This document shows positions 46,218 through 55,733 of a stretch of 58,472 nt of DNA, one piece after another. The stretch is taken from the NCBI GenBank assembly GCA_964405015.1, contig CAYOME010000002.1, positions 7,702-66,173 on the forward strand, given 5' to 3'. Numbering within the stretch: position 1 is the stretch's first letter; every line of letters starts with the position of its first letter. Made by a program: the position numbers and the translations under genes. The stretch comes from an uncultured Candidatus Saccharibacteria bacterium (GTDB lineage Bacteria > Patescibacteriota > Dojkabacteria > SC72). The notes beneath the pieces are model-generated. The model had not been told where the DNA came from. It did no database searches and worked only from the letters and a program-made list of their open reading frames with translations.

Positions 46218-47150
46218 TTGAAAAATTCACTATCTGCAATTGTAATGTTTGCATATGCAAGACTAGAGCACACGATAGCTACTTTAGAGGCCTTAAGTAT
46301 GAATGATGGTTTTAAAGATCATTCTGTCATTATCTTTTCTGATGGGCCTAAGGCTGGTCATGAAGAGAAGGTTGAAAAATTACGAGAATATTTAAGAGAA
46401 TTCAAATCGAGATATTCAAATGTTCAATTGCTCGAAAGGGACAAAAATATGGGTTTAGAAAAATCCATAATTACAGGTGTTACCGAAACACTAAAGGAAT
46501 ACCCCTCAGTAATAGTTGTAGAGGATGATATTAAGACTTCGCCTAAGTTCTTAACGTACATGGAAAGTATGTTAAGAAAGTATGAAAAAGATATGAAAGT
46601 AGGGGGAATCTCTGGTTACAATGTTCCTGTTGAAAGAATGGCAGTTCCAAAATCATATGAGTACGACATCTTCTTTGCTCCTAGAACATGTTCTTGGGGG
46701 TGGGCTACATGGAGGAATCGATGGGATAACGTTGATTGGAAAGTTGAAGATATTGAATCTTTCATCAAAGATAGAAAGATGCAAAAAGAGTTTAATAAAG
46801 GTGGAGATGATCTCTCAAGGATGCTCATCAATCAAGCTACAAAGGGCATCGATACTTGGGATATACAATGGTGTTATCATAATTTCAAAAAGAACAGACT
46901 AACAATATATCCAACTATTTCATATGTAGAAAACATTGGTATGGATGGAACAGGTGCTCATTGTGGTAAAACTTCGGGATTTAAAAATAACAGTTTGAAT
47001 ACAAAGACAGATATCAAAACACCTAATAAGGTAGAAATTGATGAATCAGTACTCAGAAGTTTTAAAAGGGCTCAATCTCTTACTTTAAAAATGTATGCAG
47101 AATTAATCTATGATAGGGGAATTAAAATACTTAAATCATTGTTTAAATAA
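46218..47150 (+). CDS. GT-A fold glycosyltransferase (EDD motif, GnT-I/GT2-like)
   Basis: IVMFAYARLEH...IIFSDGP...VVEDDI. TTG start. Confidence 0.6.
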   Translation: MKNSLSAIVMFAYARLEHTIATLEALSMNDGFKDHSVIIFSDGPKAGHEEKVEKLREYLREFKSRYSNVQLLERDKNMGLEKSIITGVTETLKEYPSVIVVEDDIKTSPKFLTYMESMLRKYEKDMKVGGISGYNVPVERMAVPKSYEYDIFFAPRTCSWGWATWRNRWDNVDWKVEDIESFIKDRKMQKEFNKGGDDLSRMLINQATKGIDTWDIQWCYHNFKKNRLTIYPTISYVENIGMDGTGAHCGKTSGFKNNSLNTKTDIKTPNKVEIDESVLRSFKRAQSLTLKMYAELIYDRGIKILKSLFK

Positions 47151-47969
47151 ATGAAAATCTCAATAATAACAACAAACTTTAATACTGACAAATACTTAGA
47201 AAGAACAATTAGAAGCATTCTCAGTCAAAAAGGCAACTTCAAGTTAGAATATATAATTACAGATGGGGCATCTACTGATAAAAGTATAGATATAATTAAA
47301 AAGTATGATAAAGAAGTAAAAGAAGGTAAATGGGGAAAACATATTACATATAAATACATATCAGAAAAAGATAAAGGACAATCAGATGGAATAAATAAAG
47401 GATTAAAGATGGCTACAGGAGATTTAGTAGCATTCCTTAACTCTGACGATGTATATACAGAAGGGACATTAGATAAGGTAGTAAGATATTTTGAAGAGAA
47501 TGAAGAGTGTATGTGGTTAACAGGATATTGCAGAATTATTAATGAGAATGATAAAGAGATAAAGAAATATATCACTTTATATAAGAATTTCAATTTAAGG
47601 AGATTTACATTCGAGAAACTTTTAATAGAGGATTCTATACCTCAACCTGCTACATTCTGGAGAAGGAAACTACATGATGAGTTCGGATATATCGACGAGA
47701 GTTTACACTTTGCTATGGATCAGGACCTATGGGCAAGGTTTGCTAGCAAGTATGAATTACATTTAATAAGGGAGTATTTAGCAGAGTTTAGATTTACATC
47801 TGATACGAAGACAGGCTCTAGTGTACATAAAACATTAAGAGAGTCTAAATTGGTTGCAGAGAGATATACAGACAATAAGTGGGTATTAAGAAAACAGTGG
47901 TTTAGTAATTTAAAGAGGATTGTGGTATATAAATATTTAGATCCAGTATTGAAAATGATAAAGAAGTAG
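47151..47969 (+). CDS. GT2 glycosyltransferase
   Basis: ISIITTNFNTDKYL, ITDGASTDKS and LNSDD motifs. Confidence 0.8.
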   Translation: MKISIITTNFNTDKYLERTIRSILSQKGNFKLEYIITDGASTDKSIDIIKKYDKEVKEGKWGKHITYKYISEKDKGQSDGINKGLKMATGDLVAFLNSDDVYTEGTLDKVVRYFEENEECMWLTGYCRIINENDKEIKKYITLYKNFNLRRFTFEKLLIEDSIPQPATFWRRKLHDEFGYIDESLHFAMDQDLWARFASKYELHLIREYLAEFRFTSDTKTGSSVHKTLRESKLVAERYTDNKWVLRKQWFSNLKRIVVYKYLDPVLKMIKK

Positions 47970-47970
47970 A

Positions 47971-48309
47971 CTACTTTTTTTCTTCTTTTACTTCATTCAA
48001 AGCTAATTTCCTATTCAACAAAGTAATCTCTCTCTTTAATTCATTCATATGTATTTTTTGATTAAGAGATACATAGAGTAGGTATACAATAGATAAATAT
48101 ACAAAAGCATCTATACTTCTTCCTACACCTAGGCCACTACCAATGAAATCTATTATTTCAGGAAACCATATTATCACTAATCCTATGGCCCAAAACAATA
48201 TCCATAGTCCAGCACCAAATGGTGTTAAAGATTTCTTCTTGTATGAGGAATATATACTTGGTAATACTAATACTAATACTCCTAATGTAACTACTATTTG
48301 AATAATCAT
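47971..48309 (-). CDS. DUF2304 small membrane protein
   Basis: 112 aa with 3 TM helices and a C-terminal amphipathic helix. It sits directly downstream of a GT2 gene, the usual DUF2304 context. Confidence 0.65.
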   Translation of the reverse strand: MIIQIVVTLGVLVLVLPSIYSSYKKKSLTPFGAGLWILFWAIGLVIIWFPEIIDFIGSGLGVGRSIDAFVYLSIVYLLYVSLNQKIHMNELKREITLLNRKLALNEVKEEKK

Positions 48310-48319
48310 ATATATGTGT

Positions 48320-49024
48320 TTATTTAATTAAAGAATTCTCTATTAACCTTATTACCATCTTAATACCATTTGTTAATCCTTGAGCTGAGAACTTACTCAT
48401 ATGTTTGTATTTGCTCTTAGAATATTCTGTATATATTACTTTAATGGGTACTTCTTTTATCTTTAGATTAGCATCTTTAATCTGTCCTAACATCTCTGAT
48501 TCAAATTCATATCTATCCATATATGTATATACAGAGTTATATGCTTTCTTAGAATATGATCTAAATCCAGATTGACTATCCTTTACCATTATTCCAAAGA
48601 ATATATATGTAACGATATTAGCTATCTTGTTCATTAGTATTCTTGATTGAGGCATATCCTTGTTATCTATCATCCTACTACCTATTACTACATCTGCTTT
48701 TTGATCTATTATCGGTTTTATCAACTTCTTTATATCTTTAGGATCATGTTGTCCATCTGAATCCATTGTTACAATGATATCTGCATTTAGTAACTTAGCA
48801 GCATCTATTCCTGTTTGAGTAGCTGCTCCTTTTCCTCTGTTTATTGGATGACTTATGGTTACTACTCCAGTACTCTTAGCTTGTTCATATGTATTATCAT
48901 TACTTCCATCATCTACCACAATGATATTGTTATATCCTTCTTTTTTTATTGATTCTATTACTTCTTTTATTACCTTACCTTCGCAGTAAGCTGGGAGTAT
49001 TATGTAGGTTTTTGGTGTTTTCAT
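48320..49024 (-). CDS. GT2 polyprenol-phosphate glycosyltransferase-like (DPM1/GtrB-like, no TM)
   Basis: ILPAYCEG, VVDDGSNDNT and TMDSDGQHD motifs. Confidence 0.8.
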   Translation of the reverse strand: MKTPKTYIILPAYCEGKVIKEVIESIKKEGYNNIIVVDDGSNDNTYEQAKSTGVVTISHPINRGKGAATQTGIDAAKLLNADIIVTMDSDGQHDPKDIKKLIKPIIDQKADVVIGSRMIDNKDMPQSRILMNKIANIVTYIFFGIMVKDSQSGFRSYSKKAYNSVYTYMDRYEFESEMLGQIKDANLKIKEVPIKVIYTEYSKSKYKHMSKFSAQGLTNGIKMVIRLIENSLIK

Positions 49025-49082
49025 ATTGTGTGATTATACATTATTTATAGACTACAAGAGGAGGGTATTGTATTATCTCCAT

Positions 49083-50198
49083 ATGCAAAGGAAACTAAAA
49101 ATCTTTATTGATCATCAGATCTTTACAATGCAGAACTTTGGAGGAATATCTAGAGTATTTACTGAGTTATATAAAGAGTTTGAAAAGAATCCTGATGTTG
49201 AACCTCTCCTCCCTATCTTACTTTCTGACAATGAATATCTTGTTGAGATTAAGAAAGTATGGTCTATATTTCCAAAGAACAAATCTTTTTTAAAGAGACT
49301 CTTCTATTATGCAATTAACAGAATATATTCAACCTTTGTATTGATGAAGGGAGATTTTGATATATTTCAACCAACCTACTATGATCCATATTTCTTACCT
49401 TTTCTAAAAAAGAAACCATTCTTTTTAGTACTACATGATATGACTCATGAGATATTTCCCAATACTGTATCCAAAAAAGATATGACAATTCAATGGAAGA
49501 GGATGCTAATTAACAAGGCAGAGAGAGTTATTACTATTTCTGAAAATACAAAAAAAGATATCCTTAAATATTATGATATTGATAAGGATAAGATAAATAT
49601 TGTATCTTGGGGTACATCGATTAAGGTACCTAAAGAAGAATTAGATATTGAATTACCAGATAAATATATTCTATTCATTGGAAATAGGGCTACTTACAAG
49701 AATTTTGAATTTTTTGTTAAATCAATATCTCCTTTGTTAAAAGGAAAGGAATCTCCATTTCTTGTATGTGCAGGTAGCAGTGGTTTTAATGAATATGAGT
49801 TATCTATTTTCAAGGAGTTAGGTATTGATGAGAAGGTTAAGCATGTAAAATTCAAAGATGATGAACAGTGGGGATATATATTTAATAATGCAACGTGTTT
49901 TGTATTTCCTTCTTTGTATGAAGGTTTTGGTATTCCTGTTTTAGAAGCTTTTGCTTGTGGTTGTCCTACAGTACTTAGTAATTCTAGTTCTCTTCCTGAA
50001 GTAGGTGGAGATGCTGCTGTATATTTTGATCCTGAGGATAGCGATTCTATTAAGAATGCGGTTAGGCAAGTCATTGAAGATTCTAAGCTTAGAAAAGATA
50101 TGATTAGGAAAGGTAAAGAAAGGTTTAAGTTGTATAGTTGGAAAATAGCTTCTGATAATTTTATTTCTATATACAGAAAAAATGAAAGAATTTTTTAA
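49083..50198 (+). CDS. GT4 (group 1) glycosyltransferase
   Basis: EGFGIPVLEAFACGCPTVLSNSSSLPEV. I moved the start to the ATG at 49083, because the TTG at 49026 abuts the divergent gene. Confidence 0.8.
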   Translation: MQRKLKIFIDHQIFTMQNFGGISRVFTELYKEFEKNPDVEPLLPILLSDNEYLVEIKKVWSIFPKNKSFLKRLFYYAINRIYSTFVLMKGDFDIFQPTYYDPYFLPFLKKKPFFLVLHDMTHEIFPNTVSKKDMTIQWKRMLINKAERVITISENTKKDILKYYDIDKDKINIVSWGTSIKVPKEELDIELPDKYILFIGNRATYKNFEFFVKSISPLLKGKESPFLVCAGSSGFNEYELSIFKELGIDEKVKHVKFKDDEQWGYIFNNATCFVFPSLYEGFGIPVLEAFACGCPTVLSNSSSLPEVGGDAAVYFDPEDSDSIKNAVRQVIEDSKLRKDMIRKGKERFKLYSWKIASDNFISIYRKNERIF

Positions 50199-50907
50199 AA
50201 AATTGTTAGGTAGGAATTTAGCATATAAATTATATATGCTTAAGAGGGAATATATAGATGGATTTACTACAAAAATATACTCTCAAGAAGGTGAAGACAT
50301 TATTTTAAGTGAATTCTTCCCAAACAAAACTGATGGTTTCTATGTGGATATAGGTGCACATCATCCAATGAGATTCTCTAATACATATATGTTTTACAAA
50401 AGAGGTTGGAGAGGTATAAATATTGATGCTATGCCTAACTCTATGAAAGCTTTTGAAAGAAAAAGACCAAGGGATATCAATCTAGAGATGGGAGTATCAG
50501 GAAAAGAGGGAGAGATGACATACTACATGTTTGATGATCCTGCACTAAATGGATTCTCCAAGGATTTATCGAAAGAGAGAGATACAAATTCTAATTTTGA
50601 GATAGTTGAGGAAAGGAAGATAAAGACATACCCATTATCAAATATTTTAGATGAGTATCTACCTAAAGGACAAAAAATAGATTTTATGAGTATTGATGTC
50701 GAAGGATTAGATTTAATGGTATTGAAATCAAATGATTGGAAGAAGTACCCTCCAGAAATTATTCTTGTAGAGAGTATTGGAGATGAAATGGATAGTATCA
50801 TGCAGGAACCTATATACCTTTTTTTAAGAGAAAAGGGGTACAATATAGTAGGGAAGACTTATAGGACGATGGTATTAAAAAGGAAATCCAAGAAAACTAT
50901 TATTTGA
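50182..50907 (+). CDS. FkbM-family methyltransferase
   Basis: FYVDIGAHHPMRFSNT...GINIDA and a DVEG motif. Confidence 0.75.
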   Translation: MKEFFKKLLGRNLAYKLYMLKREYIDGFTTKIYSQEGEDIILSEFFPNKTDGFYVDIGAHHPMRFSNTYMFYKRGWRGINIDAMPNSMKAFERKRPRDINLEMGVSGKEGEMTYYMFDDPALNGFSKDLSKERDTNSNFEIVEERKIKTYPLSNILDEYLPKGQKIDFMSIDVEGLDLMVLKSNDWKKYPPEIILVESIGDEMDSIMQEPIYLFLREKGYNIVGKTYRTMVLKRKSKKTII

Positions 50908-51931
50908 TTTTAAATAATTTCTTTATAAAAGATCTCAATTTTATCGGAAGGAATATCCTCCATAATCGGCGAAGGCGTCTTGGTTGTTGAGGAGCTATTT
51001 CTTTAGTTCTTGAGGGATTAACGTAGAAATTATTTATGGCTTTATATAAAAGATCGAGTGCAGCACTTTCATTAAATATTCTATAATTGTCGTTAATTTT
51101 ATAGAGAGGTTTGACCATTTGAAGTGCAAGATATCCAGTTAAAAGATTGTTTTCTTGGAAACAGGAATTGATACTTTCGAGAGATTTTAATAAGGATTCG
51201 TGAGTAGATACCTTGTTCATTTCCTGAATATATTTATCTAGTATAAGGATTAATTCAACTCTAATTCTATTATTGTTTACGCTTGTCTCATTTTTATCGT
51301 GCCATCTATAGTATGTCAGAATGCTGTCTACTCTAGTGACTTTTGCTTTTTTAAGCATTCTTAGCCATAATTCTAGATCGTATGCAGTTAACAGCTCTGT
51401 ATTAAAATCTCCATATTTTTCAAATAAATCCCTTTTTATCATTAATGAAGATTTACAGAAATAATTTTTGTGTAAAAATTTGTATATCATATCCTTCCCA
51501 AAAATTTCATTTTTATCATATAAATTCCACGATTCATTAAAATGCTCTAAGGGAGAATTCTCATCATGTCCGTCAATTGCTTGTACTTTCGAAGTAACTA
51601 TATCAAACCCAGCATTCATAGCTTCAATCTGAGCCATTAATTTATCTGGATGGTATTTGTCATCAGCATCTAAGAAACATATAAATCTCCCCTTTGAGAG
51701 TTTTAGACCTTTATTGAGTGTTTTGGTAACACCTTGATTCTCTTGTACAAAAAGGTGAATTCTTTTATCTTTGTATGTTTTAATTATCTCTACAGAATTG
51801 TCTTTTGACCCGTCATCAATAATTATTAACTCCCAATTAGTAAAAGACTGATCAAGGACAGAATCAATAGCTTTTCGAATAAATGCTTCGTAGTTATACG
51901 AGGGAAGTAGAATGCTAACCTCTGGTTTCAT
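50900..51931 (-). CDS. GT2 glycosyltransferase
   Basis: VSILLPSYNYEAF, IIDDGSKDNS and LDADD motifs. Confidence 0.8.
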   Translation of the reverse strand: MKPEVSILLPSYNYEAFIRKAIDSVLDQSFTNWELIIIDDGSKDNSVEIIKTYKDKRIHLFVQENQGVTKTLNKGLKLSKGRFICFLDADDKYHPDKLMAQIEAMNAGFDIVTSKVQAIDGHDENSPLEHFNESWNLYDKNEIFGKDMIYKFLHKNYFCKSSLMIKRDLFEKYGDFNTELLTAYDLELWLRMLKKAKVTRVDSILTYYRWHDKNETSVNNNRIRVELILILDKYIQEMNKVSTHESLLKSLESINSCFQENNLLTGYLALQMVKPLYKINDNYRIFNESAALDLLYKAINNFYVNPSRTKEIAPQQPRRLRRLWRIFLPIKLRSFIKKLFKIK

Positions 51932-52007
51932 GATTAAGTATATAAATTTATAATATATCTATTTATAATATTTCTGGTACAATAGGTCAATCTTAGTTAT
52001 TGTCAGT

Positions 52008-52994
52008 ATGAAAACCGAGCAATTTGAAAAAAATAAACAATTTGTTTATAAAAATATAAATAGATTTCTTATAGGAATTTATTGTCATATACATCACAAG
52101 ATTCCTTTTCCTAATGATGTTGAACTTGTATCAGTCATAATGTTAAGTTTTAATCGGGTTGACGATACAATATTTTCAATAAAACAACTATATAAACACA
52201 CAAAAGTTCCATTTGAATTGATAGTTCTCGATAATAATTCCGAAGAGAGTCAAAAGAAAGCTTTGAAAAATTTTCTAAGTGAAATTCCCAATGCAAAACT
52301 TATAGAGTCAGATACAAATCTAGGTTGTGCAAGGGGTAGGGTTGTTGCTGCTCAGTATGCACTTGGGGAATACCTCTTATTTATTGATAATGACATTGTT
52401 GTTACACCATACTACTTAGAAAATATGCTTGAAACACTTATTGGTGACCCTAAGACGGTTGCAGTATCCTCAATGGTCGTTTTCCCTGATTGTACTATTC
52501 AATTTAATGGGGGAACAATGGTTGAAGAAAGTGATGCGGATATTTATAACTTACGAGATTCTGGAAAACTTCTCTGGGAGGATGATGTAACTAGAGAATC
52601 AATAATGTGTCCATGGGTACCTGGAGGATCGACTCTTTGGAAAACTGAGTTCTTTGAAAAATTCCCAATTGACGAGAAGATGCAGGGTAGCTTTGAGGAC
52701 AATGAAGTATCAAGGAGGATAGGTAAAGTGGGATATAATGTCAGAAATTGTCCTCATTCTATAACAATTCATTATCATATGAATTTTAAAGATACTCAGT
52801 TCTCAATAAGAGAAAAGCAATATATAAATGGTAGATATGATAATGATAGAACAAAAAATGCTTTGAAAAGATACTGGCAAGTACATAATAAGATTTTTAT
52901 CTTCAATTGCGAGGAAGCTGTATATGGTTTCTTAAGTGATCTCTCTAGAAAAACAATAAAAAAATTCTTAAATAACACCAATGAGGAGAATTAA
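52008..52994 (+). CDS. GT2 glycosyltransferase
   Basis: VSVIMLSFNR, VLDNNSEES and IDNDI motifs. Confidence 0.75.
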   Translation: MKTEQFEKNKQFVYKNINRFLIGIYCHIHHKIPFPNDVELVSVIMLSFNRVDDTIFSIKQLYKHTKVPFELIVLDNNSEESQKKALKNFLSEIPNAKLIESDTNLGCARGRVVAAQYALGEYLLFIDNDIVVTPYYLENMLETLIGDPKTVAVSSMVVFPDCTIQFNGGTMVEESDADIYNLRDSGKLLWEDDVTRESIMCPWVPGGSTLWKTEFFEKFPIDEKMQGSFEDNEVSRRIGKVGYNVRNCPHSITIHYHMNFKDTQFSIREKQYINGRYDNDRTKNALKRYWQVHNKIFIFNCEEAVYGFLSDLSRKTIKKFLNNTNEEN

Positions 52995-53907
52995 AAATTT
53001 CATAGAAAATTATAGAAAACTGGGAAAAAGGAAAGTTCTTGAATTCTATAGTAAGAATATTTTGTTTAACGAGCAAGTAAATTTTAACTCTTCACCATTA
53101 CTCAAATGCATAATTAAGGATTTAATTTTAATGCTTAATAAAAATTCGAGAAACATTGTTCAAAGAATTCTTACCAGTTTACGTATCATACCTAAAGTTT
53201 CGGTACTAATGTCTGTCTACAATAGCCAAAATTATTTGAAGGAATCAATCGAAAGTATCTTGAATCAGAATCTGAGAGATTTTGAATTTTTAATTATGGA
53301 CGATGCAAGTTCTGATGGCTCATATGGCATCCTGGAAAATTATGCTAAGAAGGACCGTAGGGTTAAACTTTTTAGAAACGAAAATAATCTAGGATTAACT
53401 AAATCCCTAAATATTCTTTTACGTTATGCTAAAGGAAATACTATCGCAAGGATGGATGCTGATGATATTTCTCTTCCCACAAGGTTATCAAAAGAATATG
53501 AGTTCTTAGGAAAAAACAAAAATGTGTTCCTTGTAGGAACAGGGATATATCATATTGACATTAAAGGGGCAGTTATTTTGAAGCCAACCTTGCTAACAGG
53601 TACTTTGGAAATAGCGGAAATGTTACCTATTAATAATTGCCTTTATCATTCGACGATTATGTTTCGAAATGAAGGCTTTCGATATCGAGAAAAATTCCTT
53701 TATGCTCAAGATTATGATTTCTATCTTTGTCTTCTCTCTGCTAAAAAAAGAATGTGCAACTTAAAAGAGAGATTATTACTATATCGAATTTCAGACAGTT
53801 CAATATCGAAGAAAAAGAAAAGAAATCAAGACAGGTTTGCTCAAAAAGCAAAAAGATTTTACTATGAAAGACTGAGCTCAAAAAAGGATAGTTATGAAGT
53901 TTTTTAG
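52981..53907 (+). CDS. GT2 glycosyltransferase
   Basis: VSVLMSVYNSQNYL, MDDASSDGS and MDADD motifs. Confidence 0.8.
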   Translation: MRRIKNFIENYRKLGKRKVLEFYSKNILFNEQVNFNSSPLLKCIIKDLILMLNKNSRNIVQRILTSLRIIPKVSVLMSVYNSQNYLKESIESILNQNLRDFEFLIMDDASSDGSYGILENYAKKDRRVKLFRNENNLGLTKSLNILLRYAKGNTIARMDADDISLPTRLSKEYEFLGKNKNVFLVGTGIYHIDIKGAVILKPTLLTGTLEIAEMLPINNCLYHSTIMFRNEGFRYREKFLYAQDYDFYLCLLSAKKRMCNLKERLLLYRISDSSISKKKKRNQDRFAQKAKRFYYERLSSKKDSYEVF

Positions 53908-53931
53908 GACATTTCCGAATGCTAATAGCTT

Positions 53932-54912
53932 TTAATTATTAAGAATTTCATTTCTATTAATTATGCGAAGGATTTCATTCGCAATTTCTGTATCTACATC
54001 GATTGCCCCAACCCTTTCTTCATATTTATTGCCATTCTTTTCTAGATGTGTTGGGCAGTTTAGTGCAGTAAGTAATCCAAAATGAGTAACCTGATATTCA
54101 CCTAGGTATATTTTGAATTTACTTTCCATAATATCTAGTGATACCCAAGGACAATTTAGGGCATCTTTAACTTTAAATGCAAAGTCTAAAATCTTTTTCG
54201 AGGGAAATATGAATTGGAAATTTCCACTTCCGCTTGCTCTAAAATCGTTCGAACGAACCTTTCGGTATAATGTAGATACTTTATTCCCAAATATAAGTAT
54301 CTTCCAATCTCCTTCGAGATTCTTAATATATTTCTGAATTATCATTTTTCCGACTTTTGATTCTGGATAATCTTCTGAAGTCATATAGTTATTTATTAAT
54401 CTCTCACCATCTTTGTAATCTAATACTAAATGAACACCAAGAGAACCCCATCCCTCAGATGTTTTTAATACAACTGGGAAATCGGCTTTCTTCAATACAT
54501 CAAGACCTTCGTGAATATTGGAGATAATTCGACTTCGTGGGTAGTGGATATTTTTATCCTTTAAAATCATTGATTGAAATGCTTTATTCTCATGGGCTAA
54601 AAAATGCTCAATTCCAGGTATTAAATATTTACCTTGTAACGAAAACCTTAGAATATGATCTAAAATAAAATCTTTATATATATGATTCTGGGAACTACAG
54701 TAAAAAATATATTTAAACGATTTCGCTAAATTGGGGTTATTATTTAATTCATTATAATTGATAACCTTTGCTTGAATAGAATTTTTGTTGAGGAAGTCCT
54801 TGATTTCCTTTATATCTAGGCTCTCTGTAAAGCTAATTCTCTGGGGGAAGATGTCTAAATAATTCGTAATAATTAATATTTTATTAAATTTTCTTTTCAA
54901 GGGTATTTTCAA
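53932..54912 (-). CDS. ATP-grasp ligase (RimK-like)
   Basis: FPVVLKTSEGWGSLGV, QKYI and GDWKILIFGNKV...NDFRASGSG parallel RimK DIRCLVVGDEV...GDFRSNLHRGG. Confidence 0.7.
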   Translation of the reverse strand: MKIPLKRKFNKILIITNYLDIFPQRISFTESLDIKEIKDFLNKNSIQAKVINYNELNNNPNLAKSFKYIFYCSSQNHIYKDFILDHILRFSLQGKYLIPGIEHFLAHENKAFQSMILKDKNIHYPRSRIISNIHEGLDVLKKADFPVVLKTSEGWGSLGVHLVLDYKDGERLINNYMTSEDYPESKVGKMIIQKYIKNLEGDWKILIFGNKVSTLYRKVRSNDFRASGSGNFQFIFPSKKILDFAFKVKDALNCPWVSLDIMESKFKIYLGEYQVTHFGLLTALNCPTHLEKNGNKYEERVGAIDVDTEIANEILRIINRNEILNN

Positions 54913-55611
54913 TTATTTTTTCATAATAAATATCTGCCCATTAGAGAAATATATCCCATGTATCATGCTTTTCAAATTAGCCAACTCATGATTTGATTGT
55001 TTTATGTCATCAATTGCTAATTCGTCAATTAATTGTTTCCCAAGTCCTACCATTCCCATATTATGACTACAGTAGCTTTTTTTATTAGGATAATCATAAC
55101 TGTTGTCTAAAGTAAATTTGCGCCGTAATTTGCATATTAAGTGATCCTCAGATAAATGGAAGTTTTCTCCATCTGGCCAATCTTTCCAATATCCTGTGCC
55201 CCAATCCTCAATCACAAAAATACCCCCAGATTTTAGTAATCTCGTAAAACAAATTAAAAATGTGGCTTCTGTAAAATTTGCATAATGCGATGCATCATCA
55301 ATAATAATATCGAATCCTGCTTTGGTATACTTTGTATTAATATAATTTAGAAATTCTGAATCTCTTTGGTCGCCCAATTCAAAGTATACATTTGATGGTA
55401 ACTCGATTTGTGGATCTTTGATATCTACACCAACAATTTTTCCATTAATAAAATATTCTCCCCACATCAATATTGAGCCCCCTTTCAAAACACCAATCTC
55501 TAAAAGGTTTATTTTTTTTCCTTTTAAATGTGAAAAAAACATTTCATAATTATTTAGAAATTTCGAACTTTTGTCAGTATTAAAGCGTTTGAAATTTAAA
55601 GAATCTGTCAT
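54913..55611 (-). CDS. class I SAM-dependent methyltransferase
   Basis: LLEIGVLKGGS (motif I), GVDI and IIDDASH motifs. Confidence 0.7.
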   Translation of the reverse strand: MTDSLNFKRFNTDKSSKFLNNYEMFFSHLKGKKINLLEIGVLKGGSILMWGEYFINGKIVGVDIKDPQIELPSNVYFELGDQRDSEFLNYINTKYTKAGFDIIIDDASHYANFTEATFLICFTRLLKSGGIFVIEDWGTGYWKDWPDGENFHLSEDHLICKLRRKFTLDNSYDYPNKKSYCSHNMGMVGLGKQLIDELAIDDIKQSNHELANLKSMIHGIYFSNGQIFIMKK

Positions 55612-55733
55612 AATAATTTATACGAAATGCATTTAAATTATATTGTTACTTGAGTATATAGCATAATTATCAAAGAGTATATATGATATAATCCTACTAA
55701 TTGGGTATTGATAAAATATATTATTATTACTTT

